Below are positions 1 to 7,483 of a stretch of DNA of 23,256 bases, piece by piece. A model generated the notes under the pieces. That model ran no database searches and had not been told where the DNA came from. It saw nothing but the letters and a program-made list of their open reading frames with translations. Positions within the stretch are counted from its first letter, which is position 1. Every line of letters begins with the position of its first letter. This DNA comes from a virus (Duplodnaviria > Heunggongvirae > Uroviricota > Caudoviricetes). The stretch lies in IMG/VR virus record IMGVR_UViG_3300025316_001100. One strand, given 5' to 3'. The translations under genes were made by a program, and so were the position numbers.

Positions 1-114
1 TCATTAGTGAAAATTAGTGGTGTAAATGTAAGTAAGTTGGAATCGTTGAGCCAAGAAGCCCCTACTCGCTTGCGAGTTAGTTGCGGTACTCCGCAACTAA
101 CCTCTTTAGGGTAG
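1..114 (+). CDS. Partial C-terminus of a probable TnpB-like RNA-guided nuclease
   Basis: Open frame from base 1: SLVKISGVNVSKLESLSQEAPTRLRVSCGTPQLTSLG*. SLSQEAP resembles TnpB C-terminal tails and overlaps the hairpins. No catalytic motif is visible. Confidence 0.45.
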   Translation, partial: SLVKISGVNVSKLESLSQEAPTRLRVSCGTPQLTSLG

Positions 115-125
115 GGGTAATTCAC
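1..125 (+). mobile_element. Probable right end of an IS200/IS605-family (tnpB) element with omegaRNA-like structure
   Basis: Nested hairpins: outer cccctac (59-65)/gtagggg (111-117), ctcg-cttg-cgag (65-76), perfect 11-bp gttagttgcgg-tact-ccgcaactaac (76-101). Ends in TTCAC (121-125), a typical IS200/IS605 right-end motif. Left part is outside the window. Confidence 0.6.
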
Positions 126-225
126 AAGCGTGTTTAGTGGTACATAAACGCACGTTACTAGACCACGCAATTGTCCTGTGCCCCGGAGCCCAAAGCTGTG
201 GGGTAAAACGTAGTGTGAATTTCAT
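106..225 (-). CDS. Array peptide 80 (truncated by IS end)
   Basis: 39 aa MKFTLRFTPQLWAPG..., hand-translated. ATGA overlap. Last codons run into the element end. Confidence 0.65.
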   Translation of the reverse strand: MKFTLRFTPQLWAPGHRTIAWSSNVRLCTTKHACELPLP

Positions 226-386
226 TTCTCACAATTTTCCTTTGATGATTTGAATCCCATGCTTATATTTTGTATGCGTTGGCATTCTGACATAAAGGAC
301 CGATTTGCGACACTGTACTCAAAATAATGGTTTGGTTTCTTGGCCGATCTATCTTCAGAGTGAATTGTTATCAGTATCATCTTCAT
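222..386 (-). CDS. Array peptide 79
   Basis: 54 aa MKMILITIHSEDRS..., hand-translated; ATGA overlap. Confidence 0.75.
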   Translation of the reverse strand: MKMILITIHSEDRSAKKPNHYFEYSVANRSFMSECQRIQNISMGFKSSKENCEK

Positions 387-583
387 GGATTATGACCTCC
401 GAAATGACCAAGGCTTCTTATTTGGTTTTGGTTGAAACCATAGCTTACATACTGAACTCTATCACCCCAGTATTTAAGTCCCATAGCAAAATCATTATAT
501 CTGCTAAGTGCGAGATCGCCCAGCAGTGTGTGTTTTTTCACACAATAAGGTTTCGCACAAAATAGAATTGCTGATCGTTTCAC
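383..583 (-). CDS. Array peptide 78
   Basis: 66 aa (GTG) MKRSAILFCAKPY...; GTGA overlap. Confidence 0.75.
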   Translation of the reverse strand: MKRSAILFCAKPYCVKKHTLLGDLALSRYNDFAMGLKYWGDRVQYVSYGFNQNQIRSLGHFGGHNP

Positions 584-780
584 CACATCCTCCCTCTTCT
601 TACACTGACCGATCCTCCGTTACCTCGTTTAAGCGATACGACTGCGATCCCGCCAAATGACAGGCACCGACCCAAATGATCGAACATCCACTGGGATCGC
701 AGTGGACGCTGGCGTGAATGAATACCCCAACAACGACTGCTACCTGTTGCCATTACCGTTCTACGAATGAATTTTTTCAC
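580..780 (-). CDS. Array peptide 77
   Basis: 66 aa (GTG) MKKFIRRTVMATG...; GTGA overlap. Confidence 0.75.
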   Translation of the reverse strand: MKKFIRRTVMATGSSRCWGIHSRQRPLRSQWMFDHLGRCLSFGGIAVVSLKRGNGGSVSVRRGRMW

Positions 781-968
781 CAGCGATCCCATCTTCCTTT
801 TTTACTTACGCTGTCTGCAAGCCACAATGAACAGGCCCACTTGCCGCCTCTGGTTCCTGTGAATCTTGTGGCAGATCGAGTCTGTTCTTTCCAAATGGAT
901 CGCAATGGGCCGATGCGTGACCACAAACATCCTTTTCTTATTTGCAATGATGGGCGGAATATTTTCAT
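777..968 (-). CDS. Array peptide 76
   Basis: 63 aa MKIFRPSLQIRKG...; ATGA overlap. Confidence 0.8.
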   Translation of the reverse strand: MKIFRPSLQIRKGCLWSRIGPLRSIWKEQTRSATRFTGTRGGKWACSLWLADSVSKKGRWDRW

Positions 969-1138
969 CTTCTGCTTCTGCCCCAATCAAATCTACTTCG
1001 CTGGGAAAACCACCAGTAGCCCCACATGATGCCAGGATGTCTATTGTGCCAACGAAACATTCCGTATTTAGGAATCATGATCCCATGTAATGTCGAAAGG
1101 CTTTGTCGCAAAGATATTGCTTTGAAATGTATTTTCAT
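965..1138 (-). CDS. Array peptide 75
   Basis: 57 aa MKIHFKAISLRQS...DWGRSRR; ATGA overlap; paralog of unit 73. Confidence 0.8.
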   Translation of the reverse strand: MKIHFKAISLRQSLSTLHGIMIPKYGMFRWHNRHPGIMWGYWWFSQRSRFDWGRSRR

Positions 1139-1293
1139 TTGGTGCTTATCCCCCAATCCCCATAATACCATTGAGAGAATGTCCACCGATTAAAACAAGT
1201 GGGAATACTGCATGGTTCCCACCACGATCCCATTTTGAATTGGAATGTTGAACTTATATTTCTCATTAACGGTACGGTTCTAAAACGTTTCAT
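1135..1293 (-). CDS. Array peptide 74
   Basis: 52 aa MKRFRTVPLMRN..., hand-translated; ATGA overlap. Confidence 0.75.
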   Translation of the reverse strand: MKRFRTVPLMRNISSTFQFKMGSWWEPCSIPTCFNRWTFSQWYYGDWGISTK

Positions 1294-1451
1294 CTTTTTT
1301 CACTCCTGCCCCAATCAGCTTCTCCATGTTGCGATGCATTCCAATCTCCCCATCGACTACGACTTCTGGGCACATTCCAATAAGACATTTTTCTTAGCAA
1401 GAGACGAGATGCCCCATGCGATAAAGATACTGCTTTGAAGTTTGTTTTCAT
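1290..1451 (-). CDS. Array peptide 73
   Basis: 53 aa MKTNFKAVSLSHG...DWGRSEKR; ATGA overlap. Confidence 0.8.
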   Translation of the reverse strand: MKTNFKAVSLSHGASRLLLRKMSYWNVPRSRSRWGDWNASQHGEADWGRSEKR

Positions 1452-1648
1452 GCTCGTCTCGATCTTCCTTGTACTTCCCACAGTCTTACATATATTTTAC
1501 TATTAAACAGTCTCAAACCAAAACATTGACAATGCCAGCGATTGCCACTGAAGCCGTCTGCCAATTGAAATGCTAGACCAAATTCGTCATGCCAACTACT
1601 GTAGGTCAAAGTGTTGTGCGTATACGGCAACATACGAAACATTCTCAT
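1448..1648 (-). CDS. Array peptide 72
   Basis: 66 aa MRMFRMLPYTHN...; ATGA overlap. Confidence 0.8.
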   Translation of the reverse strand: MRMFRMLPYTHNTLTYSSWHDEFGLAFQLADGFSGNRWHCQCFGLRLFNSKIYVRLWEVQGRSRRA

Positions 1649-1800
1649 CTGAGACTGAAACCTCTGCGACTTAACGTGCTATGAAAAAAGTTCATATGGA
1701 AGCCAACACACAATGGCAAACTCTTATTGTTATATGAATACGTGCCATGTATTGTAAAAGCACAACTTTTTTTATTATATTGTCTATACAAGAATTTCAT
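1645..1800 (-). CDS. Array peptide 71
   Basis: 51 aa MKFLYRQYNKKSCAF..., hand-translated; ATGA overlaps at both ends. Confidence 0.75.
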   Translation of the reverse strand: MKFLYRQYNKKSCAFTIHGTYSYNNKSLPLCVGFHMNFFHSTLSRRGFSLR

Positions 1801-2048
1801 GCCAACTCTCTCTTGTGATGCGGTTTTTTGCGAAAACTAACATGTGTGAAAGCATCAATTGTAGATGGAGGATCTATTGTCTTGTCTGAAAAAGATGTAT
1901 TGCCAGTGAAACAAAGCGAACGATCCTGCCACCCACCAACCCATTTAGAAAAAAATCCATGATGTTGTGCAAATTCATTGATTAACGAAACCTGTCTGGG
2001 AAACAATCCAGAACATCCAACAAACGGTCTTACTCTTATGATTTTCAT
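1797..2048 (-). CDS. Array peptide 70
   Basis: 83 aa MKIIRVRPFVGCS...; ATGA overlap; paralog of unit 69. Confidence 0.8.
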   Translation of the reverse strand: MKIIRVRPFVGCSGLFPRQVSLINEFAQHHGFFSKWVGGWQDRSLCFTGNTSFSDKTIDPPSTIDAFTHVSFRKKPHHKRELA

Positions 2049-2296
2049 GCGTGGTTTCCATCTTCGTGTGGTCGTCTTCTCCAACTGATGTGAGTCATGC
2101 CATCTATTGATCCATAGATTTCATCTTCATCAGCCCAAGAAGAATACAATTCGCCATCATTGAAGCAAAGGGAATTATCTACGTCTAATTCATCATTTTC
2201 CCATGATGATATTATCATATAACTACGCCTTGACGACACCTGCCGACCATGTGCGCTCGAACAACCAAGAAACGGTCTAGTGAATACGAGTTTCAT
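2045..2296 (-). CDS. Array peptide 69
   Basis: 83 aa MKLVFTRPFLGCS...; ATGA overlap. Confidence 0.8.
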   Translation of the reverse strand: MKLVFTRPFLGCSSAHGRQVSSRRSYMIISSWENDELDVDNSLCFNDGELYSSWADEDEIYGSIDGMTHISWRRRPHEDGNHA

Positions 2297-2508
2297 TCTC
2301 CAAATCCTAATCCGTGTAGTATCTTACTCCAAGGCCAACCTTGAGTGAACCCTCTACTTTCAGACCATCCTGGGTAGGTGTCTTGAACTCTACTTGATCT
2401 CTTGCAATGTGTGTGTGGTCTATTGAACGCAAAAGTATGTTGATATGCCTGCCAATGACTGGCCTGTGTATTAGCTCCGTAGCTTTGCGTATAATGCTTA
2501 AATGTCAT
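2293..2508 (-). CDS. Array peptide 68
   Basis: 71 aa MTFKHYTQSYG...; ATGA overlap. Confidence 0.75.
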   Translation of the reverse strand: MTFKHYTQSYGANTQASHWQAYQHTFAFNRPHTHCKRSSRVQDTYPGWSESRGFTQGWPWSKILHGLGFGE

Positions 2509-2702
2509 ACTAGCCATTGAAATTCTCCTCTTTCAATAAACAAGTCTGTACTTCTACATTCGTAGTAACATATTTTCCCTTCTGTGCTTTGATATGAAAT
2601 GGGAAATGTCAGTCCAGTAAGGTCAAAACAAGAGTAAAATCGCAAAAGGCTAAACCCACCGATGACTCTTTCATTTCTGATGGTTCTAAACGATATTTTC
2701 AC
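2505..2702 (-). CDS. Array peptide 67
   Basis: 65 aa (GTG) MKISFRTIRNERV...; GGAGG RBS upstream; overlaps unit 66 by 17 nt. Confidence 0.75.
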   Translation of the reverse strand: MKISFRTIRNERVIGGFSLLRFYSCFDLTGLTFPISYQSTEGKICYYECRSTDLFIERGEFQWLV

Positions 2703-2883
2703 GTTGCCTCCATCTACCATGTTGTTGTATTTCTGAAAACACCCATGACCTATAACATCTATTGCTCCAAATGGAATATACCCGTCCATGAAGAGTGCGA
2801 AAGAATTGAAATTTCTCCGTGCCACACAATGACATGCCTATGTCTGGCCATTTTAACAATTGCGGTCTGTGGTGAAATTTCAA
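2686..2883 (-). CDS. Array peptide 66
   Basis: 65 aa (TTG) MKFHHRPQLLKW...; TTGA overlap. Confidence 0.75.
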   Translation of the reverse strand: MKFHHRPQLLKWPDIGMSLCGTEKFQFFRTLHGRVYSIWSNRCYRSWVFSEIQQHGRWRQRENIV

Positions 2884-3029
2884 TTTACCCTCTCCCTAAT
2901 TGCCCAAGACCAAATACGCCACCAGGACCAAAATGTTCTTCTTACGTTCTTAGATGACCATTCTATACGAGTTGACCAATAAGTGGATTCTCTTCTGTGG
3001 AAGATATTTGATCTAGTAATGTGCTTCAT
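2880..3029 (-). CDS. Array peptide 65
   Basis: 49 aa MKHITRSNIF...FWSWWRIWSW, hand-translated; ATGA overlap. Confidence 0.75.
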   Translation of the reverse strand: MKHITRSNIFHRRESTYWSTRIEWSSKNVRRTFWSWWRIWSWAIRERVN

Positions 3030-3154
3030 GTAATCCACTTTACATAATACATGTTGTCAGCAAAACAAATGGAAGCTCCGAAGCGTTTGAAACCAATCTG
3101 CATGCCTCGACTAAAACAATTTCCATACCACACGTGATTAAACACAATTTTCAT
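3026..3154 (-). CDS. Array peptide 64
   Basis: 42 aa MKIVFNHVWYG..., hand-translated; ATGA overlap. Confidence 0.75.
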   Translation of the reverse strand: MKIVFNHVWYGNCFSRGMQIGFKRFGASICFADNMYYVKWIT

Positions 3155-3321
3155 TTGTTTTTACTGAAGAATTTATGGTGTCGAAATAAATGCGACCGGC
3201 CTTCTCCTATGTGCCAACGAGAACGAGCAAATGTGCCAGAGACTCCACGCACACTAAACTTGCGCTGAAATCCTGTGGATGAAAGAAGTTTGGCAATTTG
3301 TATTGTAAGAATTATTTTCAT
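3151..3321 (-). CDS. Array peptide 63
   Basis: 56 aa MKIILTIQIAKLL..., hand-translated; ATGA overlap. Confidence 0.75.
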   Translation of the reverse strand: MKIILTIQIAKLLSSTGFQRKFSVRGVSGTFARSRWHIGEGRSHLFRHHKFFSKNK

Positions 3322-3563
3322 CTACGGATGCTTTCCCACTGACTATTCCATGTGACCTTCCAGCTTGAATAGAAGGTTTCTCTTGTACCTAATTCAACCT
3401 TTGATTTCAAGTGTGCGCCGAGAGACATTTCCAAATTCATGTTTATAAAAACAAACCTACCAAATCTATTCACAAAACGCTCAGGCGAACTAGCTTGCGA
3501 ACTGGCATACTGCCGCCTGAACGCTTTGGACAATCCTACAAACGACCTGTCAAAGACTCTCAT
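3318..3563 (-). CDS. Array peptide 62
   Basis: 81 aa MRVFDRSFVGLS...; start 6 nt downstream of a TATAAT. Confidence 0.8.
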   Translation of the reverse strand: MRVFDRSFVGLSKAFRRQYASSQASSPERFVNRFGRFVFINMNLEMSLGAHLKSKVELGTRETFYSSWKVTWNSQWESIRR

Positions 3564-3569
3564 ATTCTT

Positions 3570-3598
3570 ATTATACCACGATTGGGAGGGGACGTAAA
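3570..3598 (-). promoter_or_regulatory. Internal sigma70-like promoter, probably leaderless
   Basis: TTTACG (3598-3593) - 17 nt - TATAAT (3575-3570) with extended -10 TG. ATG follows after 6 nt, with no RBS. Confidence 0.65.
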
Positions 3599-3599
3599 C

Positions 3600-3815
3600 C
3601 TATAAGATTCTTCTTGCATTGCTATTGAGCCTGCTATAACCCATGCCTCTCTGCCGAGAAAAACATGTGGAATAGCAATGTAGGTCACTATGCCCTCTAA
3701 ACCATCTGGAAGCCCCTTGGTAGTGTTCGTGGATGCCGCATGAACTGCAAGTCCAATAATGCGGCCCATTAAGAGATCGGCCGTGGAAATGAATATAGAA
3801 GCGTTGAAGCATCAT
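3600..3815 (-). CDS. Array peptide 61
   Basis: 71 aa MMLQRFYIHFHG...; start abuts previous TAA. Confidence 0.75.
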   Translation of the reverse strand: MMLQRFYIHFHGRSLNGPHYWTCSSCGIHEHYQGASRWFRGHSDLHCYSTCFSRQRGMGYSRLNSNARRIL

Positions 3816-4001
3816 TTAATATGGTTCCTTATGTCTTCTAACACTTCTTGTGCTTTCCGTTCTTCGATCTTTATAAGAACATCCTCGGCGCTGCTCAAAA
3901 TCCACACTCATGCCACGTAAATTGTGTTTTGAACACAGGTGATGACCCGACCAATAACCTGCTTTACTTGTGGCATAATACCACGTGTGAATTATTTTCA
4001 T
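3816..4001 (-). CDS. Array peptide 60
   Basis: 61 aa MKIIHTWYYATS...; ATGA overlap. Confidence 0.8.
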   Translation of the reverse strand: MKIIHTWYYATSKAGYWSGHHLCSKHNLRGMSVDFEQRRGCSYKDRRTESTRSVRRHKEPY

Positions 4002-4222
4002 TTTCGACTCATACCACTTAAACCATCATTGTGCAAACCGCCTGCATATGAATTACATGATCTGGTAGACCATGATTCACTACGACTTGCGGCCGATCCA
4101 CTTCTAGGACCATTATAGAACGAACGCTGCCGACCATCGGTGGTAATGCATCCAAATCGCTTTTGACCTATTATCGGGAAAATCGCCAAGTTAATAGCAT
4201 GTGTCATAGAGAAAATTTTCAT
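3998..4222 (-). CDS. Array peptide 59
   Basis: 74 aa MKIFSMTHAINL...; TAATG overlap. Confidence 0.8.
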   Translation of the reverse strand: MKIFSMTHAINLAIFPIIGQKRFGCITTDGRQRSFYNGPRSGSAASRSESWSTRSCNSYAGGLHNDGLSGMSRK

Positions 4223-4413
4223 TACTTTCTACTCATCATCAATGTGTGTGTCTTACCAGAACAATAGTATCTTGTACTGAAACATCCTGATTTCCAATGA
4301 AGCCGTTCTCGGTGAGCCGAGAACGGCCCTTCATTACTAAGCATTCCACAAGAGTAAAAACGCCATGTCGAAGTGGAAATGCGACTACGTATTGGCCTTA
4401 TTAAAATTCTCAT
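4222..4413 (-). CDS. Array peptide 58
   Basis: 63 aa MRILIRPIRSRIS...; ATGA overlap. Confidence 0.8.
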   Translation of the reverse strand: MRILIRPIRSRISTSTWRFYSCGMLSNEGPFSAHRERLHWKSGCFSTRYYCSGKTHTLMMSRK

Positions 4414-4619
4414 TTTCTGCTCGCCCATATTCTTTCGTTCACAACGCCATGCATAAGTGATCGAGAGAATGCATATGATCCCGACCGTGTTTGCAATGGA
4501 GGAAAGCTTTTCGCTGATCTGATATGAAACCCCGAAATAGATACGCCCTGTTCAAACCTGCCACGACCACCAGCCGATCCAATGTATAAACCCGGCCATA
4601 ACTTTGCAAAAATTCTCAT
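4410..4619 (-). CDS. Array peptide 57
   Basis: 69 aa MRIFAKLWPG...; start abuts previous TAG. Confidence 0.8.
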   Translation of the reverse strand: MRIFAKLWPGLYIGSAGGRGRFEQGVSISGFHIRSAKSFPPLQTRSGSYAFSRSLMHGVVNERIWASRK

Positions 4620-4841
4620 CTATTTCCGACTGGATACCCAATGCGTGTTTTTGGCAGAAGAAAACAATCGCAATGAAGCGGGCGCACTTCTAAAATAATG
4701 ATTGTCGGCCCACTTGCTCATGGGAGCAGTTGATGGGGCCATAGTTGACCAAAATCTTCTTAGTCCAGTGGATGCCGAATATCCAGGGTCTACAAATGGT
4801 AATCTTTGAAATGGACTCATTTGTGACTTGCCACCTTTCAT
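4620..4841 (-). CDS. Array peptide 56
   Basis: 73 aa MKGGKSQMSPFQR...; ATGA overlap. Confidence 0.75.
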   Translation of the reverse strand: MKGGKSQMSPFQRLPFVDPGYSASTGLRRFWSTMAPSTAPMSKWADNHYFRSAPASLRLFSSAKNTHWVSSRK

Positions 4842-5017
4842 CTGTTCGTACCTACTGCATAAAAATTAATTGCCGTGCTGTGTGTTGTAATGGCTCTGAA
4901 ACCAAACATCATTGGCAGGCGAGTCCAAAGGCAATAAGCTATTTCAGGCCGACCAATGGACGATACATAGCTTCTGCCCCACACTGATGCCGGGTGTGTT
5001 CTTAGTATTCTTTTCAT
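4838..5017 (-). CDS. Array peptide 55
   Basis: 59 aa MKRILRTHPASVWG...; start 4 nt after previous stop. Confidence 0.75.
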   Translation of the reverse strand: MKRILRTHPASVWGRSYVSSIGRPEIAYCLWTRLPMMFGFRAITTHSTAINFYAVGTNR

Positions 5018-5021
5018 CTTC

Positions 5022-5327
5022 TTACCCTTCGCCTTGGAATCGCATTCCATGTATCCACCTTCTTGGAATGGTATTCCATGTATCCACTATTTCTCTAACA
5101 TAACGACCCTTGCCCTCACCAGAAGATTGCCACGGTGGAGGAACTTTATACACAAAGTCTATTTGAAGAATGGAATATTTTCTACGCAGATTAAAACATG
5201 CACCTTGAACAATATTGAATTTCCATCTGGATCGTAGTCTACGAGAGGTATGTACAGATTGGTACACCCCTCGATGTGATTGCGAAATTGACGGATCGGT
5301 TCGGTTTGTACGATTAAAAAACATCAT
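5022..5327 (-). CDS. Array peptide 54 (extended by a 29-bp duplication)
   Basis: 101 aa MMFFNRTNRTDPS..., the longest unit; ATGA overlap. Confidence 0.7.
   Translation of the reverse strand: MMFFNRTNRTDPSISQSHRGVYQSVHTSRRLRSRWKFNIVQGACFNLRRKYSILQIDFVYKVPPPWQSSGEGKGRYVREIVDTWNTIPRRWIHGMRFQGEG
5033..5087. repeat. 29-bp-period tandem duplication
   Basis: cttggaatcgcattccatgtatccac (5033-5058) and cttggaatggtattccatgtatccac (5062-5087). Confidence 0.9.
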
Positions 5328-5575
5328 CTTCTTCTCCCCCACACACTAGGAATCCAACGATTTAATCGTCCGAGTGCATTCCAACAAATAGTAATGACTG
5401 CATTGTGTGCAAAGCACATGCTTCGTACATGTTTCTTGTGCCACTTGGATCGAGTAGAAAGATGTCGCCCCACTGACCAACTTCGATTGTGCAACGATCT
5501 GGAAAACCTTGGCAAATTCTCTTGAGGAATCGGCGGCAGGCTTGTAACCAGTTGTAATCTATTGAACATTCTCAC
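5324..5575 (-). CDS. Array peptide 53
   Basis: 83 aa MRMFNRLQLVTS...; ATGA overlap. Confidence 0.8.
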   Translation of the reverse strand: MRMFNRLQLVTSLPPIPQENLPRFSRSLHNRSWSVGRHLSTRSKWHKKHVRSMCFAHNAVITICWNALGRLNRWIPSVWGRRR

Positions 5576-5799
5576 AATACGTCCTCACTATTTCCATATT
5601 TATGACTAACATGACTGCTGTTCGGACGATTGCCAATTTGTCCATGCATAAATGAGCACATGCTGCGACGTGTGAATGATAGCGTGCGTGAATAGTGAAT
5701 TAAAATCGAAAAAACACCATTGTTGTTAAAACAAAAGCTTGTTGATCTAAAACTTCGCATCGACATGCCGGTTCTTGGTCGTGTGTATATTGCTTTCAT
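5572..5799 (-). CDS. Array peptide 52
   Basis: 75 aa MKAIYTRPRTG...; ATGA overlap. Confidence 0.8.
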   Translation of the reverse strand: MKAIYTRPRTGMSMRSFRSTSFCFNNNGVFSILIHYSRTLSFTRRSMCSFMHGQIGNRPNSSHVSHKYGNSEDVL

Positions 5800-6011
5800 A
5801 TTCTTCTGTTTCGTATGCTTTGCCAACTGGTGACTGACTTCATGCCCATAGAACAATGTCTTGTTTTGCTCATGCTAAACATGCTTTCATAAGCTCCCCT
5901 GATCGCAAGACTGTATGCAAGTCCTCGTTGTATCAGTGTGGACCAATGACTAAATCGGTTCATGCCACTAGATCCATCCACTCCCAATTTTATTCTTATA
6001 ATCATCTTCAT
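5796..6011 (-). CDS. Array peptide 51
   Basis: 71 aa MKMIIRIKLG...; ATGA overlap. Confidence 0.8.
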   Translation of the reverse strand: MKMIIRIKLGVDGSSGMNRFSHWSTLIQRGLAYSLAIRGAYESMFSMSKTRHCSMGMKSVTSWQSIRNRRI

Positions 6012-6244
6012 CTTGGTGGCATTCTTACCTCATGCTGCAATTCGTGGTAAAGCCAACTGCTGTGTGTATAATATCCAATGGTTCTTGAATAAGCGTCGTC
6101 TCTAGGAAATGCTATAGAGGCAATATCATGTCCCATTCCACCATACGAAAAATCTCTTGTAATTCGCCAATACGATCTGCGATGCTGTCCGAAACAAGCC
6201 GCTAACGTAGGATGGCACCAATTGTTTTTGTGATGATTTGTCAT
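6008..6244 (-). CDS. Array peptide 50
   Basis: 78 aa MTNHHKNNWCHP...; ATGA overlap. Confidence 0.75.
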   Translation of the reverse strand: MTNHHKNNWCHPTLAACFGQHRRSYWRITRDFSYGGMGHDIASIAFPRDDAYSRTIGYYTHSSWLYHELQHEVRMPPR

Positions 6245-6447
6245 TCTACTCCTGTCCACGATTCGGATCGGTATACGATTCTAAATGCTTGACATTCATA
6301 ATAGGTTGTGTGCCAAGCAGAATAATGCGATGCTCTACAGCGACATAATCCGGCCTCTCCGTGCATGGGTGTTCGTATCGGCCAATATCTTCTTGCCTGT
6401 CTTTGAAACGCACATTCCGATGCCGCTTGTGCTAATGCATGCTTCAT
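6241..6447 (-). CDS. Array peptide 49
   Basis: 68 aa MKHALAQAASEC...; ATGA overlap. Confidence 0.8.
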   Translation of the reverse strand: MKHALAQAASECAFQRQARRYWPIRTPMHGEAGLCRCRASHYSAWHTTYYECQAFRIVYRSESWTGVE

Positions 6448-6647
6448 AATAGTATTTCGGTATGCCTGCTAAATCCCCACTTAGCATATTGGAATGTTAC
6501 ACTGTTCCAATGTCCTTTCCATTCAGAGTGAGAAAAAAGAGATTGCCATGACGACCAACAGAGTCCATTTGATCCTGTACGACAATACATGTCCGTCCTG
6601 TTGTTCCGACTAATCCCTCGGTAAAACTTTTGAAGGGCTATTTTCAT
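6444..6647 (-). CDS. Array peptide 48
   Basis: 67 aa MKIALQKFYRG...; ATGA overlap. Confidence 0.8.
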   Translation of the reverse strand: MKIALQKFYRGISRNNRTDMYCRTGSNGLCWSSWQSLFSHSEWKGHWNSVTFQYAKWGFSRHTEILL

Positions 6648-6844
6648 ATGTTGTGCCTTCCCTTGTGACTGCATGTTTTTTGATATTGGAATGCCACGCA
6701 ATACACCGCCTTTGAAAATGAAATGCTATTCACAAAGTCTCGATTAAATGCAGAACTATAAAACCAGAAACGCAGACAGCTATTCGGCCCCGTGGGGGCC
6801 GAATAGCTCATAGGATGTTGGGAATGGACGGCAAGCATTTTCAT
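6644..6844 (-). CDS. Array peptide 47
   Basis: 66 aa MKMLAVHSQHPM...; start 6 nt downstream of TAGAAT. Confidence 0.8.
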   Translation of the reverse strand: MKMLAVHSQHPMSYSAPTGPNSCLRFWFYSSAFNRDFVNSISFSKAVYCVAFQYQKTCSHKGRHNI

Positions 6845-6850
6845 GCTTAC

Positions 6851-6879
6851 ATTCTACCACAGAAGTGATGGTTAGTAAA
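6851..6879 (-). promoter_or_regulatory. Internal sigma70-like promoter, probably leaderless
   Basis: TTTACT (6879-6874) - 17 nt - TAGAAT (6856-6851) with extended -10 TG. ATG follows after 6 nt. Same layout as 3570-3598. Confidence 0.6.
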
Positions 6880-7098
6880 CTACCCTCCAAATCGCATGAA
6901 TGCAAACGACATCATACAACCTCCTCTGGATTCTGATAACGCATCTCCTCTCGCAAATGCAGCACTAGAAAAGATTGCCATGCTTTTCATGCAGTGGGTA
7001 GATATGGCTCCCCGGCTCATGGGATATCCGTTGCTTACAATATCCCTTGGCCAATGTCTATAAGAACCTGGAATGACATATTTTTTGATTAGTTTCAT
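6880..7098 (-). CDS. Array peptide 46
   Basis: 72 aa MKLIKKYVIPG...; ATGA overlap. Confidence 0.8.
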   Translation of the reverse strand: MKLIKKYVIPGSYRHWPRDIVSNGYPMSRGAISTHCMKSMAIFSSAAFARGDALSESRGGCMMSFAFMRFGG

Positions 7099-7298
7099 CT
7101 CGAATAATCCATTACACCGTCGTTTGAAGATGCAGAGTTAGATGTGCTAAATGCTAATGATTCTTTGTCGCCCCTAAATGTCACACCATTAAACCATCTT
7201 TTGGGATTAAAAATGCCACTATCAGTCATACTGGCAATGAATTCGGTGTTGAATCCAAATGAAAGCACATATAATATGTGTTTATCGAAGATTCTCAT
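7095..7298 (-). CDS. Array peptide 45
   Basis: 67 aa MRIFDKHILYVL...; ATGA overlap. Confidence 0.8.
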   Translation of the reverse strand: MRIFDKHILYVLSFGFNTEFIASMTDSGIFNPKRWFNGVTFRGDKESLAFSTSNSASSNDGVMDYSR

Positions 7299-7483
7299 CG
7301 GTAGCTACACGTTTTATGCGTTTGAAAATTATGACAATTGACGTGTTGCCATGTGCTACGAGAATGATAGTAACCAGGATCGTCATTCTGTTTCGACATA
7401 ATACGGTGTCGTCTCCAAGAAGATATTGCTCCTCTGCTTCCAAGACTAGAGTTTTGACAATGAGCAACACGTATAAGTTTCAT
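7295..7483 (-). CDS. Array peptide 44
   Basis: 62 aa MKLIRVAHCQNS...; ATGA overlap. Confidence 0.8.
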   Translation of the reverse strand: MKLIRVAHCQNSSLGSRGAISSWRRHRIMSKQNDDPGYYHSRSTWQHVNCHNFQTHKTCSYR

